From positions 32,001 through 96,000 of IMG/VR virus record IMGVR_UViG_3300030328_003747: 64,000 nucleotides of DNA, one strand, 5' to 3'. The stretch is from a virus. This document shows, piece by piece, positions 18,401 through 28,487 of the stretch; the first letter of the stretch is position 1; the number at the start of each line of letters is the position of its first letter. The position numbers and the translations under genes were made by a program. Under the pieces are notes generated by a model. It was not told the DNA's origin. It saw only the letters and a list, made by a program, of their open reading frames with translations, and ran no database searches.

Positions 18401-18598
18401 ATTAATGATTCTGATAATAAATTCAAAGCTGTAAGATACGGAAATGTTGTTGGATTATTAGTTGAAGCTATTAAAGAGTTGAAAGTAGAAATAGAAGAAT
18501 TAAAAAAAGATTCACACCCACCAAAAGGGCTACACGATCTTGATGGTTCAAAAGACCTGTTAGAAAGAATTAAAAAGTTAGAGGAAAAATATGCCTAA
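15416..18598 (+). CDS. tail fibre with GNVGIGTTSP repeats and C-terminal peptidase S74 (intramolecular chaperone) domain
   Basis: N-terminal EIVKVT..LTVVRAQE anchor; about seven GNVGIG repeats; SDLRLKENI...GLIAQE...YGNVVGLLVEAIKEL. Confidence 0.9.
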   Translation: MAVVFKNNAKTTFSSGINDSATSISVVDGSVFPSLGAGEVCFVTFDDGVNNEIVKVTAISSNTLTVVRAQESTSARSFSAGDDVELRLTAGILGLFSQTGVAITDEIEAYLDANGLTFPDNIKAYFGTGNDLEIYHDGSNSIISETGTGGIKIFTAGVATSGFYKVGGEELATFEPDGPVTLYHNDSAKLATSSNGIDVTGNILLDDGDPRLYFQTGSSHYNWKIAAQDSTNKGFEISSGAADGAATNDTYTPRIVIEADTGDVGIGTTSPAGKLMVREDTAANPARIIVSNGGNAESGTSSRLSFYEGTTEKSYIERRRDGSGKTAFVTPADDNPFVWENASGEFMRFTSGNVGIGTTSPDAALDVSGEIYAGTGTIIPYLSYSNGNSTGIIGTKSNHSLEVRINNSEKMRLTSTGLGIGTTSPATKLHVMTASNGASTVGGASDELILENSSDCGLTIRSGSSSDGVISFADADDHNVGQVYYEHDNNAMVFRTNDSERVRINSSGNVGIGTSSPDGTSRLTLVHPSGTNGRLISLYRSAGAYGFHLGVDSNSHFNIYDNNGTSSLMAIAHTTGNVGIGTSSPSYPLDVRKNQAGYTYIAADNANSAASGTGSGFAVTESGSIAWYMRGERDGTGKFNIGNSANRLTIDSSGNVGIGTTSPSFSAGSGLEISRAGPATLRLEDTDGTTGATELVQVDADGYLLTRQSSSNLIFGINSSEKMRLDSSGNLFVGRSGDLYNSKAIFEEDQNARTQILVRNNDSGSSASSCITLNASGNSWVLDCGSSNKNSNAFTLALDASATTPSEKLRVDTSGNVGINRTSPSDKLDINGTISLKNNSATDAHYIHMPRGGGITFYGDANQHHGIFSRNQSNSAADDIMISTYGALYVDLDSNDNNSASADFIVGKHNSTSNNLFNLSGETGNLTILGNITAYGSPSDLRLKENIATIENPLDKVSQLRGVTFNYKEDGSKSTGLIAQELEKVLPEVVYETEDINDSDNKFKAVRYGNVVGLLVEAIKELKVEIEELKKDSHPPKGLHDLDGSKDLLERIKKLEEKYA

Positions 18599-19112
18599 AA
18601 CTAGAGCAGTTACTATTGCTTTAACAAGTAGTGGAACAGATGTAACACAAAATGCTAGAGAATCAGACACTATAAATGTTACCGTTAATTTTCCTTCAGG
18701 CAAACAATCATCAGATTACAGTTATTCAGCTATAGCAGCAGCAGGTTGTTCAATAAGTTCTGGGGCTTCAGGCAATCATGGTGGCACTTGTACTATTACA
18801 ACATCTTCTTCAGGTACAGCTTACGATCTTAGATTTCAAATGTTTAAAACAGGAGTTTTAGAGCCACAAGATGAATCTGGTACTGTAACAGGATCAGTAG
18901 GTGATGAAATAACACAATTTAGTATTACTAGCGGAGAAATAGATTTTGGTGACATACAGACCTTTTGGGGTGGCAGTAATCCAATAGAAATATCAGAATA
19001 TTATAGAGGCGGATCTTATGTACCTTCTTTATCTGATACGGGTGATAATGACAACATACCAACATCAGGAACAATATCAATATCAAATTTTTATGGTATG
19101 TTCAAAGAATAA
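18591..19112 (+). CDS. tail fibre-associated protein
   Basis: GGSNPI.ISEYYRGG...IPTSGTISISNFYG motif typical after S74 fibres. Confidence 0.6.
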   Translation: MPKTRAVTIALTSSGTDVTQNARESDTINVTVNFPSGKQSSDYSYSAIAAAGCSISSGASGNHGGTCTITTSSSGTAYDLRFQMFKTGVLEPQDESGTVTGSVGDEITQFSITSGEIDFGDIQTFWGGSNPIEISEYYRGGSYVPSLSDTGDNDNIPTSGTISISNFYGMFKE

Positions 19113-19133
19113 TAAAAAAGGTATAATTTTTTT

Positions 19134-19472
19134 ATGGCAATAAGTTATACATGGAATACAAAACAACACGAATACTATCCCACACACAACAGTAAGTCTA
19201 AAGTTGTTCATACTGTTCATTGGAGATTACTAGCAACCGATTCAGATAAAGACGAAAATGGTGTTAATTATACAGCCGAAGTTTATGGCTCTTGTGCTTT
19301 AGACACTTCTGACCTGTCTAGTTTTACGGCTTATGGGAGTGTAGATGAGGCTAAAACTCAAGCTTGGGTAGAGGCCACATTAGGCTCTACAGAGGTAGCT
19401 AGCCTTAAATCAGGTCTAGATACTCAAATTGCAGCTATTAAATCGCCTACAAGTGTTAGCGCTAGTTTTTAA
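19134..19472 (+). CDS. conserved fibre-associated phage protein
   Basis: MAISYTW...VHTVHWR...FTAY...AWV motif. Confidence 0.65.
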   Translation: MAISYTWNTKQHEYYPTHNSKSKVVHTVHWRLLATDSDKDENGVNYTAEVYGSCALDTSDLSSFTAYGSVDEAKTQAWVEATLGSTEVASLKSGLDTQIAAIKSPTSVSASF

Positions 19473-19504
19473 TAAGCAATTAAATAGGTTATTATAAGTG
19501 AGAT

Positions 19505-20986
19505 ATGTATAGTCAAGATGGAATAATGTCCCTAGCAAAAGCTGGGAGAAATGGTGATACAGAATTAGCACACCTTATGGTTGGTGAGGTAGTCTTACCG
19601 CCAGGTACTTTAACAGGCAATAAAAGGCTTAAAAACGCTGTAGAAAAAAGTTTAGCTAAAACAGATACATCATTAAGTGATGTGACTGTTGGTGGAGATA
19701 CTGTTTCTATCAATCCTTATACAGGATTACCTGAATTTGGTTTTTTAAGCAAACTTTGGAAAAAAGTTAAAAAAGTTATAGATCCTGTAGCTCAAGTAGC
19801 AAGATTTATACCTGGGCCTTGGCAAGCACCAGCAAATATATACATTAAAGGTAAAGCAGCTATTAATATAGCTAAAGGCGACGATTCAACATCAGATTAT
19901 CTTTCACTATTTACTGGTGAAAAAGTTTTAGGTGGTGATGGTGATTTAGAAAAATTTGGCAAAGTTGGCTTTGATTTTGGGGGTGGCGACTGGAACTTTG
20001 AAACTCTTAAAGAGGGAATTGGCTCTTTATTTGGGGGCGGAACACAAGATACAACACAAGAATATATTGATGAGTTCGGCAATAAGATAACACAAAGCGA
20101 ATTTGACAATATAACTAATGTTGCTGAAAAATCTATGTATAAACCTGTAGAATCAGGTAATTTTTTAGGTAATTTCTTTAGTGGTGACCCTAACTACGAC
20201 CCTACTACTGGTTCAGGTCAAAGCCGTTTTGGTATGATAGAAGACTATATAAAAGGACTTGGGGGTGGAGCTGTAGGTGAAATAATAGGCGGTATAGGTA
20301 GTTTAGTGGACAAATCTGGGTTAGATCCTGCTCTTTTAGCCTTAGCTAAATATTATGGAGATGCTACTGAAAAAGCCTTAGAAAAACAAACAGGCGGTAT
20401 GAGAGACATTAGAGACTCAATAAGACCAGATTTTGCATATAACACATCAGATGGATACGAAACATACGGCTTAGGCGGGTTTAATTTAGGATTTAGTAAC
20501 GGCGGATTTGCAGCAAATAATGATATTGCAGTAGATGTTTCTGAAGATCCTTATGTAGCAAGAACTTTAAACAGACTGCAAAGAGTATTTGTATATGGGT
20601 ATGAAAATATTACCCCACAAGATGTAATGGATTTAAAAAATATGAATGAAGAAAGTTTTAAAATGTCCCCAACCCAACAAGCAGTTCTAAATGTAATAAA
20701 CAAAAATACGAAAGGTATGCAGTACAATCAAGGTGGATCTGTTTTAGATATGCGTGATGGGGGCGAATCTATGGGCCCAGGAACTGGGACTTCTGATGAT
20801 ATACCTGCGATGTTGTCTGATGGTGAATTTGTTATGACAGCAAAAGCTAACAAAGGTGCAGGTTCAGTTGGACTAAAACAAGGCAAAGATGGTATTATGG
20901 AACTATCACCTAATATGGAGCCTGATAGACAAAGAGGTGCAAAAAACATGATGACTTTAATGAGATATTTTGAGGGTTTAGCATAA
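19505..20986 (+). CDS. putative internal virion / ejection protein
   Basis: GRNGDTELAHL, INPYTGLPEFG, GPGTGTSDDIPAMLSDGEFVMTAKA. Confidence 0.7.
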   Translation: MYSQDGIMSLAKAGRNGDTELAHLMVGEVVLPPGTLTGNKRLKNAVEKSLAKTDTSLSDVTVGGDTVSINPYTGLPEFGFLSKLWKKVKKVIDPVAQVARFIPGPWQAPANIYIKGKAAINIAKGDDSTSDYLSLFTGEKVLGGDGDLEKFGKVGFDFGGGDWNFETLKEGIGSLFGGGTQDTTQEYIDEFGNKITQSEFDNITNVAEKSMYKPVESGNFLGNFFSGDPNYDPTTGSGQSRFGMIEDYIKGLGGGAVGEIIGGIGSLVDKSGLDPALLALAKYYGDATEKALEKQTGGMRDIRDSIRPDFAYNTSDGYETYGLGGFNLGFSNGGFAANNDIAVDVSEDPYVARTLNRLQRVFVYGYENITPQDVMDLKNMNEESFKMSPTQQAVLNVINKNTKGMQYNQGGSVLDMRDGGESMGPGTGTSDDIPAMLSDGEFVMTAKANKGAGSVGLKQGKDGIMELSPNMEPDRQRGAKNMMTLMRYFEGLA

Positions 20987-21735
20987 TGGCAGAACCGATA
21001 GACCCAATTTTAGCTGATCAGCGTACGGAAGAAATACTTTCTGACCCTCTCGTTAGGGCATTATTTTTTGGTTCTGAAGGGTCTCCTGGTTTTTATAATC
21101 AATTATTATCTATAGGACAAGACGCCAGAAGTCAGCTTGGGGGTGGATTGGGCATGTATCTGCCTTACTTACAAAGATCTGAACAGTTAGGTGAGGATGC
21201 TTATTCTGCTATTACTGATGAAGATATTAGTAAATTTATGGACCCATATGAAGATTTGGTTGTTCAAAAATCAATTGATGACGCTCTTAGAGGTTATCAA
21301 CAATCAGAAATAGGTCAAAGAGCAACAGATATTGCTAGAGGTGGAGAATCAGCATATGGCTCTAGAGCAGGTCTTTTTGCAGGAGAAAGAGCAAAAGGAT
21401 TTGCAGAAGGATTAGGCAGTATGGTAAGTGGGCTAAGATCAAGAGGCTTTGATCAGGCAATAGATGAGGCTTATCGTGAAAAAGGTTTGTTTGGCCAAGG
21501 AGCTCAATTCCAACAAGGATTAGCTGGTCTTTACCCACAATATTATTATCAAGACGTTATGAGACCTTTAGGTTTAATGCAGGGTCTATACAATATGTTA
21601 CCTCAATACGATCAAGGTAAAACAGCAATTTACAGTCAATATGGTATTCCTCAAGATCCTAAAGCAGGTGGCTTAGGAGCTGCATTAAGCTTGTATTCAG
21701 GATTTGCTCCTAGATCAGGTTATGGAGATGCATAA
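20986..21735 (+). CDS. putative ejection (DNA pilot) protein
   Basis: FMDPYEDLVV, AYGSRA, G/Q/A-rich helical composition. Confidence 0.65.
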   Translation: MAEPIDPILADQRTEEILSDPLVRALFFGSEGSPGFYNQLLSIGQDARSQLGGGLGMYLPYLQRSEQLGEDAYSAITDEDISKFMDPYEDLVVQKSIDDALRGYQQSEIGQRATDIARGGESAYGSRAGLFAGERAKGFAEGLGSMVSGLRSRGFDQAIDEAYREKGLFGQGAQFQQGLAGLYPQYYYQDVMRPLGLMQGLYNMLPQYDQGKTAIYSQYGIPQDPKAGGLGAALSLYSGFAPRSGYGDA

Positions 21736-21737
21736 GA

Positions 21738-23522
21738 ATGAGCTCATTCAATAGATCTAATGACCCCGATCATTTTAGAGGTAATTACAGCATACCAGAA
21801 CCTACTCCAGAACCTACTCCTGCACTAAATGACGAAAGTCCTACTTTTACACCTAATTTAAGCTTTGAATTCGTCGGAGCCCCGACATTTCTTAGACCTT
21901 CTATAGAGCTTACAGCAGATTACTCTAATCAACTTAACTTAGGCCCATTAGATATAGTTATGCCTGACCCTTCTTCTGGCAAAAATGTTGTTGTTACAAT
22001 GCCAGATAATTTTGAAGATATGATTAATAATGGAGAGTTAGATGGAATGACTCTTTATCCAATAATAAATGGTGCTGTTGGATTTGGTCCAGAAGCAGAA
22101 AGAATTTTAAGAAATTTTTCTAAGGCTGATGTTCCTTTTGGTGAAAAGCTTGGAATTTCTTTTGACACTAGAGGTAACAAAAGTTTTTATCGCCCAACAG
22201 ATGTGGGTGCAACTTTACAAGAAACTATTTTTGATGTGGGTAGTTTTTTAGAAGATTGGGTGGCTCGTCCTGTTTCTGGGTTTATAGGTGAGATAATTGG
22301 TGGTGCGACAGGTAGTATAGCAGCAAGAGATTTTGATTATGCTCCAACCAGAAGTGAAGTAAGTATATCAAAACTTTTAAGCATACCTGGGATGCAAATT
22401 CAAGGCGGCCCTACAGTAACAAAAGAAGATGGTGAACCTATAAAAGATTTTTCTGGTGATTTAGCAGAGATAGAGGCTGGGATAAATGAGGAAACTATTC
22501 AAAGCTCCTTGTTAGGTAAACCTTTTGAAGACAGCGCTCTAGCCGCAGTCACTAGAGAAGCATTAAAAGATGTTAAAGACAAAAAGCCTGTAAAAGAAGG
22601 CGAAGACGAAGAAGTAATAGAAGAAGTAACAGAAGTTACAGATGATGACAAAAAAGGCGGTAAAGATTTATCAGATACTAAGCCTGTTGGTTTTTTTGGT
22701 TCAGATAAGTTTTTATCTGCTATAAGAAATGTTGGTAAGTCTTTGGTTGAGCAAGGTCAGTTTGGCTCAGGACTTGCTTTAGGAGCAGTCGGTTTTGCTG
22801 ACGAACAGGCTCAAAGAAAATTACTTGCAGAACAAGCGCAGGCTGATATTAAAAAATTATTATTAGAGAAAAGTTTAGAAGGGCAAGCTTCGTTAGACCC
22901 TAAAGATCTAAAAACTTTAAGTGATTTTGAAAAAAATATCACTCAAAACTCTGCCGATTTTCAAGGTGGTCAAGTTGCAATAGGCTTTATGGATATTATT
23001 ATTGAGGAAATTGCAAAAGCACCACCAGGTAAAATTGGTGGATTCCAAGGGTGGGTTGATAGTACAGCTCAAGCAATTAGTAATTTTCTTGGGTATGATG
23101 TCCCATTTGCTGATTTAGCACCACAAGCAAAAATAGAAGCGTTAGCTAAAGTTGTACAACAAGGTAACCTGCAAGCAATACTTGGAGAATCTGGCAGAAC
23201 CATATCAGATAAAGATAGAGAAATAGTTGTACAAGTATTTGGTACGCCAGGGTTATTTGATAACAGAGATACAGCTTTAGAGAAATTACGAGCAAGCAGA
23301 AGTAAACTTATAAATGCAAATGCTAGAAGGAAAAATGATATAACCCTAGATTACAATAAAATTAGTGATCCTGCATTTGGGTACCAAGGTCAAGTATCAG
23401 CCCTACAACTCAATCCATTAATACAGTTAATACAAAGTTTAGATCCTTACTCTCCAAGTGCGGCAACTGTTAACAACCTAACATCCGAAATTAAAACTAT
23501 TACATTAAGACCAAAGGATTAA
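21738..23522 (+). CDS. putative ejection protein
   Basis: 594 aa; ILGESGRTISDKDR motif; position in operon. Confidence 0.55.
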   Translation: MSSFNRSNDPDHFRGNYSIPEPTPEPTPALNDESPTFTPNLSFEFVGAPTFLRPSIELTADYSNQLNLGPLDIVMPDPSSGKNVVVTMPDNFEDMINNGELDGMTLYPIINGAVGFGPEAERILRNFSKADVPFGEKLGISFDTRGNKSFYRPTDVGATLQETIFDVGSFLEDWVARPVSGFIGEIIGGATGSIAARDFDYAPTRSEVSISKLLSIPGMQIQGGPTVTKEDGEPIKDFSGDLAEIEAGINEETIQSSLLGKPFEDSALAAVTREALKDVKDKKPVKEGEDEEVIEEVTEVTDDDKKGGKDLSDTKPVGFFGSDKFLSAIRNVGKSLVEQGQFGSGLALGAVGFADEQAQRKLLAEQAQADIKKLLLEKSLEGQASLDPKDLKTLSDFEKNITQNSADFQGGQVAIGFMDIIIEEIAKAPPGKIGGFQGWVDSTAQAISNFLGYDVPFADLAPQAKIEALAKVVQQGNLQAILGESGRTISDKDREIVVQVFGTPGLFDNRDTALEKLRASRSKLINANARRKNDITLDYNKISDPAFGYQGQVSALQLNPLIQLIQSLDPYSPSAATVNNLTSEIKTITLRPKD

Positions 23523-23523
23523 A

Positions 23524-26500
23524 GTGCCAATCTATAATGTTCAAATTAATCCTCAGCACTCAGTACAAGTAGAGGCAGACTCTGAAGAAGAAGCAAGAGC
23601 AAAGGTAGAGCTCGATATTAAAGCTACAGCTGCTCGAAGGGCAGCAGTTCCGTATTTAGACGAAATAATGTTTGATTACGAAACAGGTGTTCGAGATAAG
23701 TCTATAAGAAGAAGATTGGCTATAGCAGATAACCCTTTAGAAAGAGAGGGTACTGCTGAAAAAATTTTTGGTAAAGATGGATTTACCTACAACAGTAGAG
23801 GTCAATTAGCTGTTACTCCTGCTGGATTAGTAAGAATTGGAGAAGAACCAGACTATATTACCCTAACAGACGGTTCTAAGCTTTTGTTAAACCGTATTGT
23901 TGACGAAGACTCATTTAACTTAACAGATGGAGATCTTGCCGACTTTACTGGAATAGCTGGACCTGTTTTGGGTGCTGTTCTTGCTTTAACTCCACAAGCT
24001 AGAGTTTTAAGTTTAGTATCAAAACTAACTAAATTATTCAGTAATAAGCCTACTAGAATTAACCGTATTATTGCTAGTGGTATCGGTACTGGTGGTGGTA
24101 AAGGTGTAGAAGAATTTGTAGAGTTAGAAATGGGATTGCAAATGCAATCTGCGGAAGAAATAAGAAATTTACTTGCCTTTGAAACAACTCTTGGGGCTGG
24201 AGCACAAGGAATTGGAGAACTGTTGGGTGTAGGGTATCACTTACTACTCGGTAAAAATGCTCCTTTTGATAACTTACGTTTATACCGTCAAGCTACACAA
24301 GGAAGAAACTTAGATGATGTAATGAAGCTTGATTTGAAGCTAGGGAGAGAGGCTACTGAAAAAGAAATAAACCAAGCTGTAAAAGATGGAATTATTAAAG
24401 TTTATGCAGAAAAAGGCTTACCATCACAAGGGGCTTTTAATAAACAGTTGCCTGGCAAAGTACAATCACTTGCTGAACAAGTTTTAGGTAATACAAGAGT
24501 TGAAGAATCTAAAAAATATTTACTTAGAAGTATGACTGAACTTTTTGCTAGATTAAATAAAGAATCAGTAGACGGTCAAAGCTTAACAAGCTTACTAAAA
24601 AGGTATCAAGGCAAAACAGCTATGAGCCCAGAGCAAAAAGGTTTATTAGATAAATCTGTAAGTGCACAATTAGCCAAGGTTAAAACTTCTGAAGTTCAAA
24701 CAATACAAAGTATAGAAAAACTTTTTGAAGATGTTATGGAAGATTTTACTTTAATGGGTATTAATAGGTCTCCTATAACTCTTGGTAAAGTTGGTGAAGA
24801 AATAAGAGATGCACTCCAAAAAGCAAAAGCAGGTGTTGATAAGAATTTAGCCGACAAGTATAGAATTGTAGACCTTGAGCTTAGATCTTTAAAGGAAGGT
24901 GTTGTTAACAAACAAATAGGCGAACAAATAGTAAGGCCAAGACTAGATAATGCTAGAAAAATAATTGATGACTATGTAAATACTAACTATGCTGCAAGAA
25001 TTAATATTGGAGATGCTGTAGATGTAAACAGCGATCCTGTTGCATATTTAAGAGCTATTATTCAAAGAATGGATGATGGAGTAGAAAATATTGGTATGGA
25101 AGGGGGAAGAGATTTTACTTTAGTTGGTCTAAGAAATGCACTATCAACCCTTAAAGAAGAAAGAAGATTAACTATGAGTGATAGTTTTCTTACAAAAATA
25201 ACAGATGATGTTATTAAAGAATTACAAGGAATTTTTGACGATATGGCTGACCCAACAATTTTAAAAAGAGCGGCCCCTAATCTAAATGCTTTAGAAACAC
25301 AAAAAATTTCAAGAGCTGCAGATCTTTTACAAGACGCTAATTTAAGCGCTCAAAAATATTTAGCTCCTTTTGATAATGCAAAATTAATGAAAATTAAAGC
25401 AGAAGGTAAGTATGGAGCTTATGATCCTCTTGAAATTTACGAGTCTGCTGTTTTGAATGGTAAGACAAGAGATTTAAGAGATATTTTTCAAGCCGTTAGA
25501 AATTACGACGATTATATTAAAACAACAGCACCAACAGGATTAAAAGCTGTAAATGAATTACAGTTAAGAAATAACTTAAAACAAAAACTAATAAGTGATG
25601 CTTTTCAAGATTCTTTTGATGCAGCTACAGATACAGTAGACTTTGCTAAATTTACAACTTACCTTAAAAACTTTGATAGAAAATCTCCAGGTAAACTTCG
25701 AGAAATTTTTGCAAATGAAGCTTTAGGTAGTGAAAACTTTTTAAGAGTTCTTGATCAAATTAATAAATTAAAACCAAACTTAAAACCTGCTGAGATAACA
25801 AAACTAATAACACAATTTACCAAATCAAAAGTCCCAGGCGGTCTTACTGAAACAGCAACTGGAAAAGCTTTTTTAGAGGGGTTAAAAGAGTTAGCTGAAG
25901 CTAAATCTAAAACAGCCTCTTTTGAAGGCAATCTAATTATTAGAAAATTACCAGAAGCAACAACTGAAGAGGTGGTAAGTAAAATATTTACACCTCAAGG
26001 GGCTTCTAATATTAAGTTAATAAGAGAAACTGTTGGCGAAGAATCATTTAAAGAAATTCAAAATAATGCGATGAACAAAATCTTACAAAGAGCAATTGAT
26101 TTTGACGGCATTACTAAAAAAGGAGATATTACAAAAATTTTCCAAGCAGATAAATTTAATAATATTTTAAGATCATATGGTGATGAAACACTAGAAGCTA
26201 TGTTTGGTAAAGATATAGCAATAGGATTAAAAAACTACGGCAAAACTATAGATATAATGACAAGAGGAGAAGTAGGTCGTGGTGGAGCTGCAGGTACTCT
26301 TATCGCAGCCGCTATTGCTATTAACGCATTTAACCCTGCTTTATGGCCTACTATTGCTGGACTAGCTGTTCTTAGAACTGCATTTCAAACTCCCTTTATA
26401 CTTAAGATGATGGCTCGTACAGATAAATCTGCGGGAGTTCAGCTAGTAGAAATATTTGAAAGAATGTTTAGGCTTTATGGGTTAACAGAAATAGGTCGTG

Positions 26501-26748
26501 GTGTAAGAGAAGTTTCTGAAACTGCAAGAGAAGAACTAGACAAGAATATTCAAACTTTAAATCAAAATGAAGTTGATGACGATCAATTGCAAAGCATAAT
26601 TAATCAGGCTAAAAAATCTGTTCGATCACCTTCAACCATACAACTACCTACCGTTAAACCTTTAACAACCAATCTTAATCAAGGTAGCCTATCTAATGAT
26701 CCTAGTGTTAGGGCAGCTATTTTAACTGGCGGTCAATCAATAGTATAA
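23524..26748 (+). CDS. large internal virion / ejection protein
   Basis: 1074 aa, helical, with hydrophobic Gly/Ala segments; last gene of the structural operon. Confidence 0.6.
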   Translation: MPIYNVQINPQHSVQVEADSEEEARAKVELDIKATAARRAAVPYLDEIMFDYETGVRDKSIRRRLAIADNPLEREGTAEKIFGKDGFTYNSRGQLAVTPAGLVRIGEEPDYITLTDGSKLLLNRIVDEDSFNLTDGDLADFTGIAGPVLGAVLALTPQARVLSLVSKLTKLFSNKPTRINRIIASGIGTGGGKGVEEFVELEMGLQMQSAEEIRNLLAFETTLGAGAQGIGELLGVGYHLLLGKNAPFDNLRLYRQATQGRNLDDVMKLDLKLGREATEKEINQAVKDGIIKVYAEKGLPSQGAFNKQLPGKVQSLAEQVLGNTRVEESKKYLLRSMTELFARLNKESVDGQSLTSLLKRYQGKTAMSPEQKGLLDKSVSAQLAKVKTSEVQTIQSIEKLFEDVMEDFTLMGINRSPITLGKVGEEIRDALQKAKAGVDKNLADKYRIVDLELRSLKEGVVNKQIGEQIVRPRLDNARKIIDDYVNTNYAARINIGDAVDVNSDPVAYLRAIIQRMDDGVENIGMEGGRDFTLVGLRNALSTLKEERRLTMSDSFLTKITDDVIKELQGIFDDMADPTILKRAAPNLNALETQKISRAADLLQDANLSAQKYLAPFDNAKLMKIKAEGKYGAYDPLEIYESAVLNGKTRDLRDIFQAVRNYDDYIKTTAPTGLKAVNELQLRNNLKQKLISDAFQDSFDAATDTVDFAKFTTYLKNFDRKSPGKLREIFANEALGSENFLRVLDQINKLKPNLKPAEITKLITQFTKSKVPGGLTETATGKAFLEGLKELAEAKSKTASFEGNLIIRKLPEATTEEVVSKIFTPQGASNIKLIRETVGEESFKEIQNNAMNKILQRAIDFDGITKKGDITKIFQADKFNNILRSYGDETLEAMFGKDIAIGLKNYGKTIDIMTRGEVGRGGAAGTLIAAAIAINAFNPALWPTIAGLAVLRTAFQTPFILKMMARTDKSAGVQLVEIFERMFRLYGLTEIGRGVREVSETAREELDKNIQTLNQNEVDDDQLQSIINQAKKSVRSPSTIQLPTVKPLTTNLNQGSLSNDPSVRAAILTGGQSIV

Positions 26749-28487
26749 ATATTAAGTTTTTTAGACTTACCTTTCACTTCTATACTGTCTAATCTTTTAA
26801 GAGGATTTTTTAATTTTGTGCCTAATAATTTAGCTGCTGTTGACTCTCCTATTAATAAATCAGTACCTACGGCTTTAGTTGCTGACTCTAATCTTGCTGC
26901 GGTATTTACAGAGTCTCCTATAGCAGTATAATCGAAGCGTGAATCGCTACCCATATTACCTACAACAGCTTGCCCAGAATTTAAACCGATACCAATTTCA
27001 ATACCTAACTTTGCTTCTTTTATGTCGTGTCTTATCTGAAGAGCTGTTTTTATAGCTAACTCTTCATGATTCTCTTGATCTAATGGTGCATTAAATATTG
27101 CCATCATCGCATCACCAATATACTTATCCACCATACCGCCATTTTTTTGAACAGCATTAGCTTGTATGGTTAAAGCTGCATTCATAATTTTTGCAACTTC
27201 TTTAGGTGGTAACACTTCTGATAAGGCAGTAAATCCTCTAACATCTGTAAATAAAAATGTGCAATATCTTTTTTCTCCACCTAGTTTTAATAACTCAGGA
27301 TTATCTTGCAATCTTTTAACTTGTCTAGGATCTAGATAATGCTCAAACTGTTTTTTAATTTGTTGGCGCAATTTATATTGTTTTCTAAAGTTTAGGTAGT
27401 AAGCCACACTAGCAGTAACGAATTCTGCTATTAAAGTGTAGCTAAAATCAATTAAAATGCCTCTATTTATCATATAAAGCCCTACAAGCCCCGTAGAGAC
27501 AAATATGCCACTACCTAATATGATAGACCAAAAAATACCAAGATATGAGCTTACAACCCAAATAAGAAAGACACAAAATCCTAAAATTAAGAATTCTGCA
27601 CCCAAGTGCCAATCTGGTATTCTTGGGCTGTCTTGAATTAGAATTGACTCAGATAATGCTGCTTGAATTTTGTGAGGTTCGAGTAAACCGACAGGAGTTG
27701 CAAGTGTTGGCATAATTCCAATTGCATTTACTCCAACAAATACAAACTTACCTTCAACATTCATTTCTTTTAATGTTGTTTCTGGTGTGTCTACCCAACT
27801 AATCCATTTCCTTCCTAGTGAGTCGGTAGGGACTGGTGGAATACCACGAACTGTTATTTCTGATATTCCATTTGCATTTGTTTTAATAATGTAAGTGTTA
27901 GATCCAGTTAAAGACTTTAATACTTGAGTACCAAAACTTGGCACCCAACCGTCTGGTATTTCATATAGTAGTGGTAATCTTCTTACCAAATTATCAACAT
28001 CAACTGGTGCAGATACTACACCCTCTAAAACAGATTCTCTTATACCTTTTATATTTGGTAGGTGTCCTGGCAACCTGATACCTGAAACATCTTCTCCTAA
28101 AATTACAGTACCAGTTGGAAGTGGGTATTTTTCGTTATCGTAAGAAAAGGTGGCAACTACTGTATTTGGGGATTTCTGAATTGCGAGAATATATTCTTCG
28201 TCGCCACCAAACCTGTCTTTATCAACAAAGCTTATTACCCATCCTACACCAATAGCACCATTTCTTACAAGATCTCTTTGAATTTCTGCTAACCTATCTC
28301 TAGGAAAAGGCCAACCCCCTTCTCTTTGCACATCCTCTTCTGTAATGTTTAAAATAACAAAATTACCTGTTGGTTCTTTTTTAGGGACCAAGTAATCAAA
28401 TGTTTTTAGTTTAAGTATTTCTAGTGGAGCAACCTGGAATATTAAAGGAAGCGCCAGTATAGCAAATATAAGTAAAAACTTTTTCAT
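26733..28487 (-). CDS. CHASE2-domain class III adenylate/guanylate cyclase
   Basis: GGWPFPR CHASE2 motif, TM helices, LFTDVRGFT, VDKYIGDAMM, GNMGS..RFDYTAIGDSVNTAARLE, VKGK. Confidence 0.93.
   Translation of the reverse strand: MKKFLLIFAILALPLIFQVAPLEILKLKTFDYLVPKKEPTGNFVILNITEEDVQREGGWPFPRDRLAEIQRDLVRNGAIGVGWVISFVDKDRFGGDEEYILAIQKSPNTVVATFSYDNEKYPLPTGTVILGEDVSGIRLPGHLPNIKGIRESVLEGVVSAPVDVDNLVRRLPLLYEIPDGWVPSFGTQVLKSLTGSNTYIIKTNANGISEITVRGIPPVPTDSLGRKWISWVDTPETTLKEMNVEGKFVFVGVNAIGIMPTLATPVGLLEPHKIQAALSESILIQDSPRIPDWHLGAEFLILGFCVFLIWVVSSYLGIFWSIILGSGIFVSTGLVGLYMINRGILIDFSYTLIAEFVTASVAYYLNFRKQYKLRQQIKKQFEHYLDPRQVKRLQDNPELLKLGGEKRYCTFLFTDVRGFTALSEVLPPKEVAKIMNAALTIQANAVQKNGGMVDKYIGDAMMAIFNAPLDQENHEELAIKTALQIRHDIKEAKLGIEIGIGLNSGQAVVGNMGSDSRFDYTAIGDSVNTAARLESATKAVGTDLLIGESTAAKLLGTKLKNPLKRLDSIEVKGKSKKLNIYTID

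Noticed and set aside
15416-18598. Diversity-generating retroelement acting on the tail fibre
   Set aside because: No reverse transcriptase and no template/variable repeat pair differing at adenines; the repeats are ordinary GNVGIG fibre modules.
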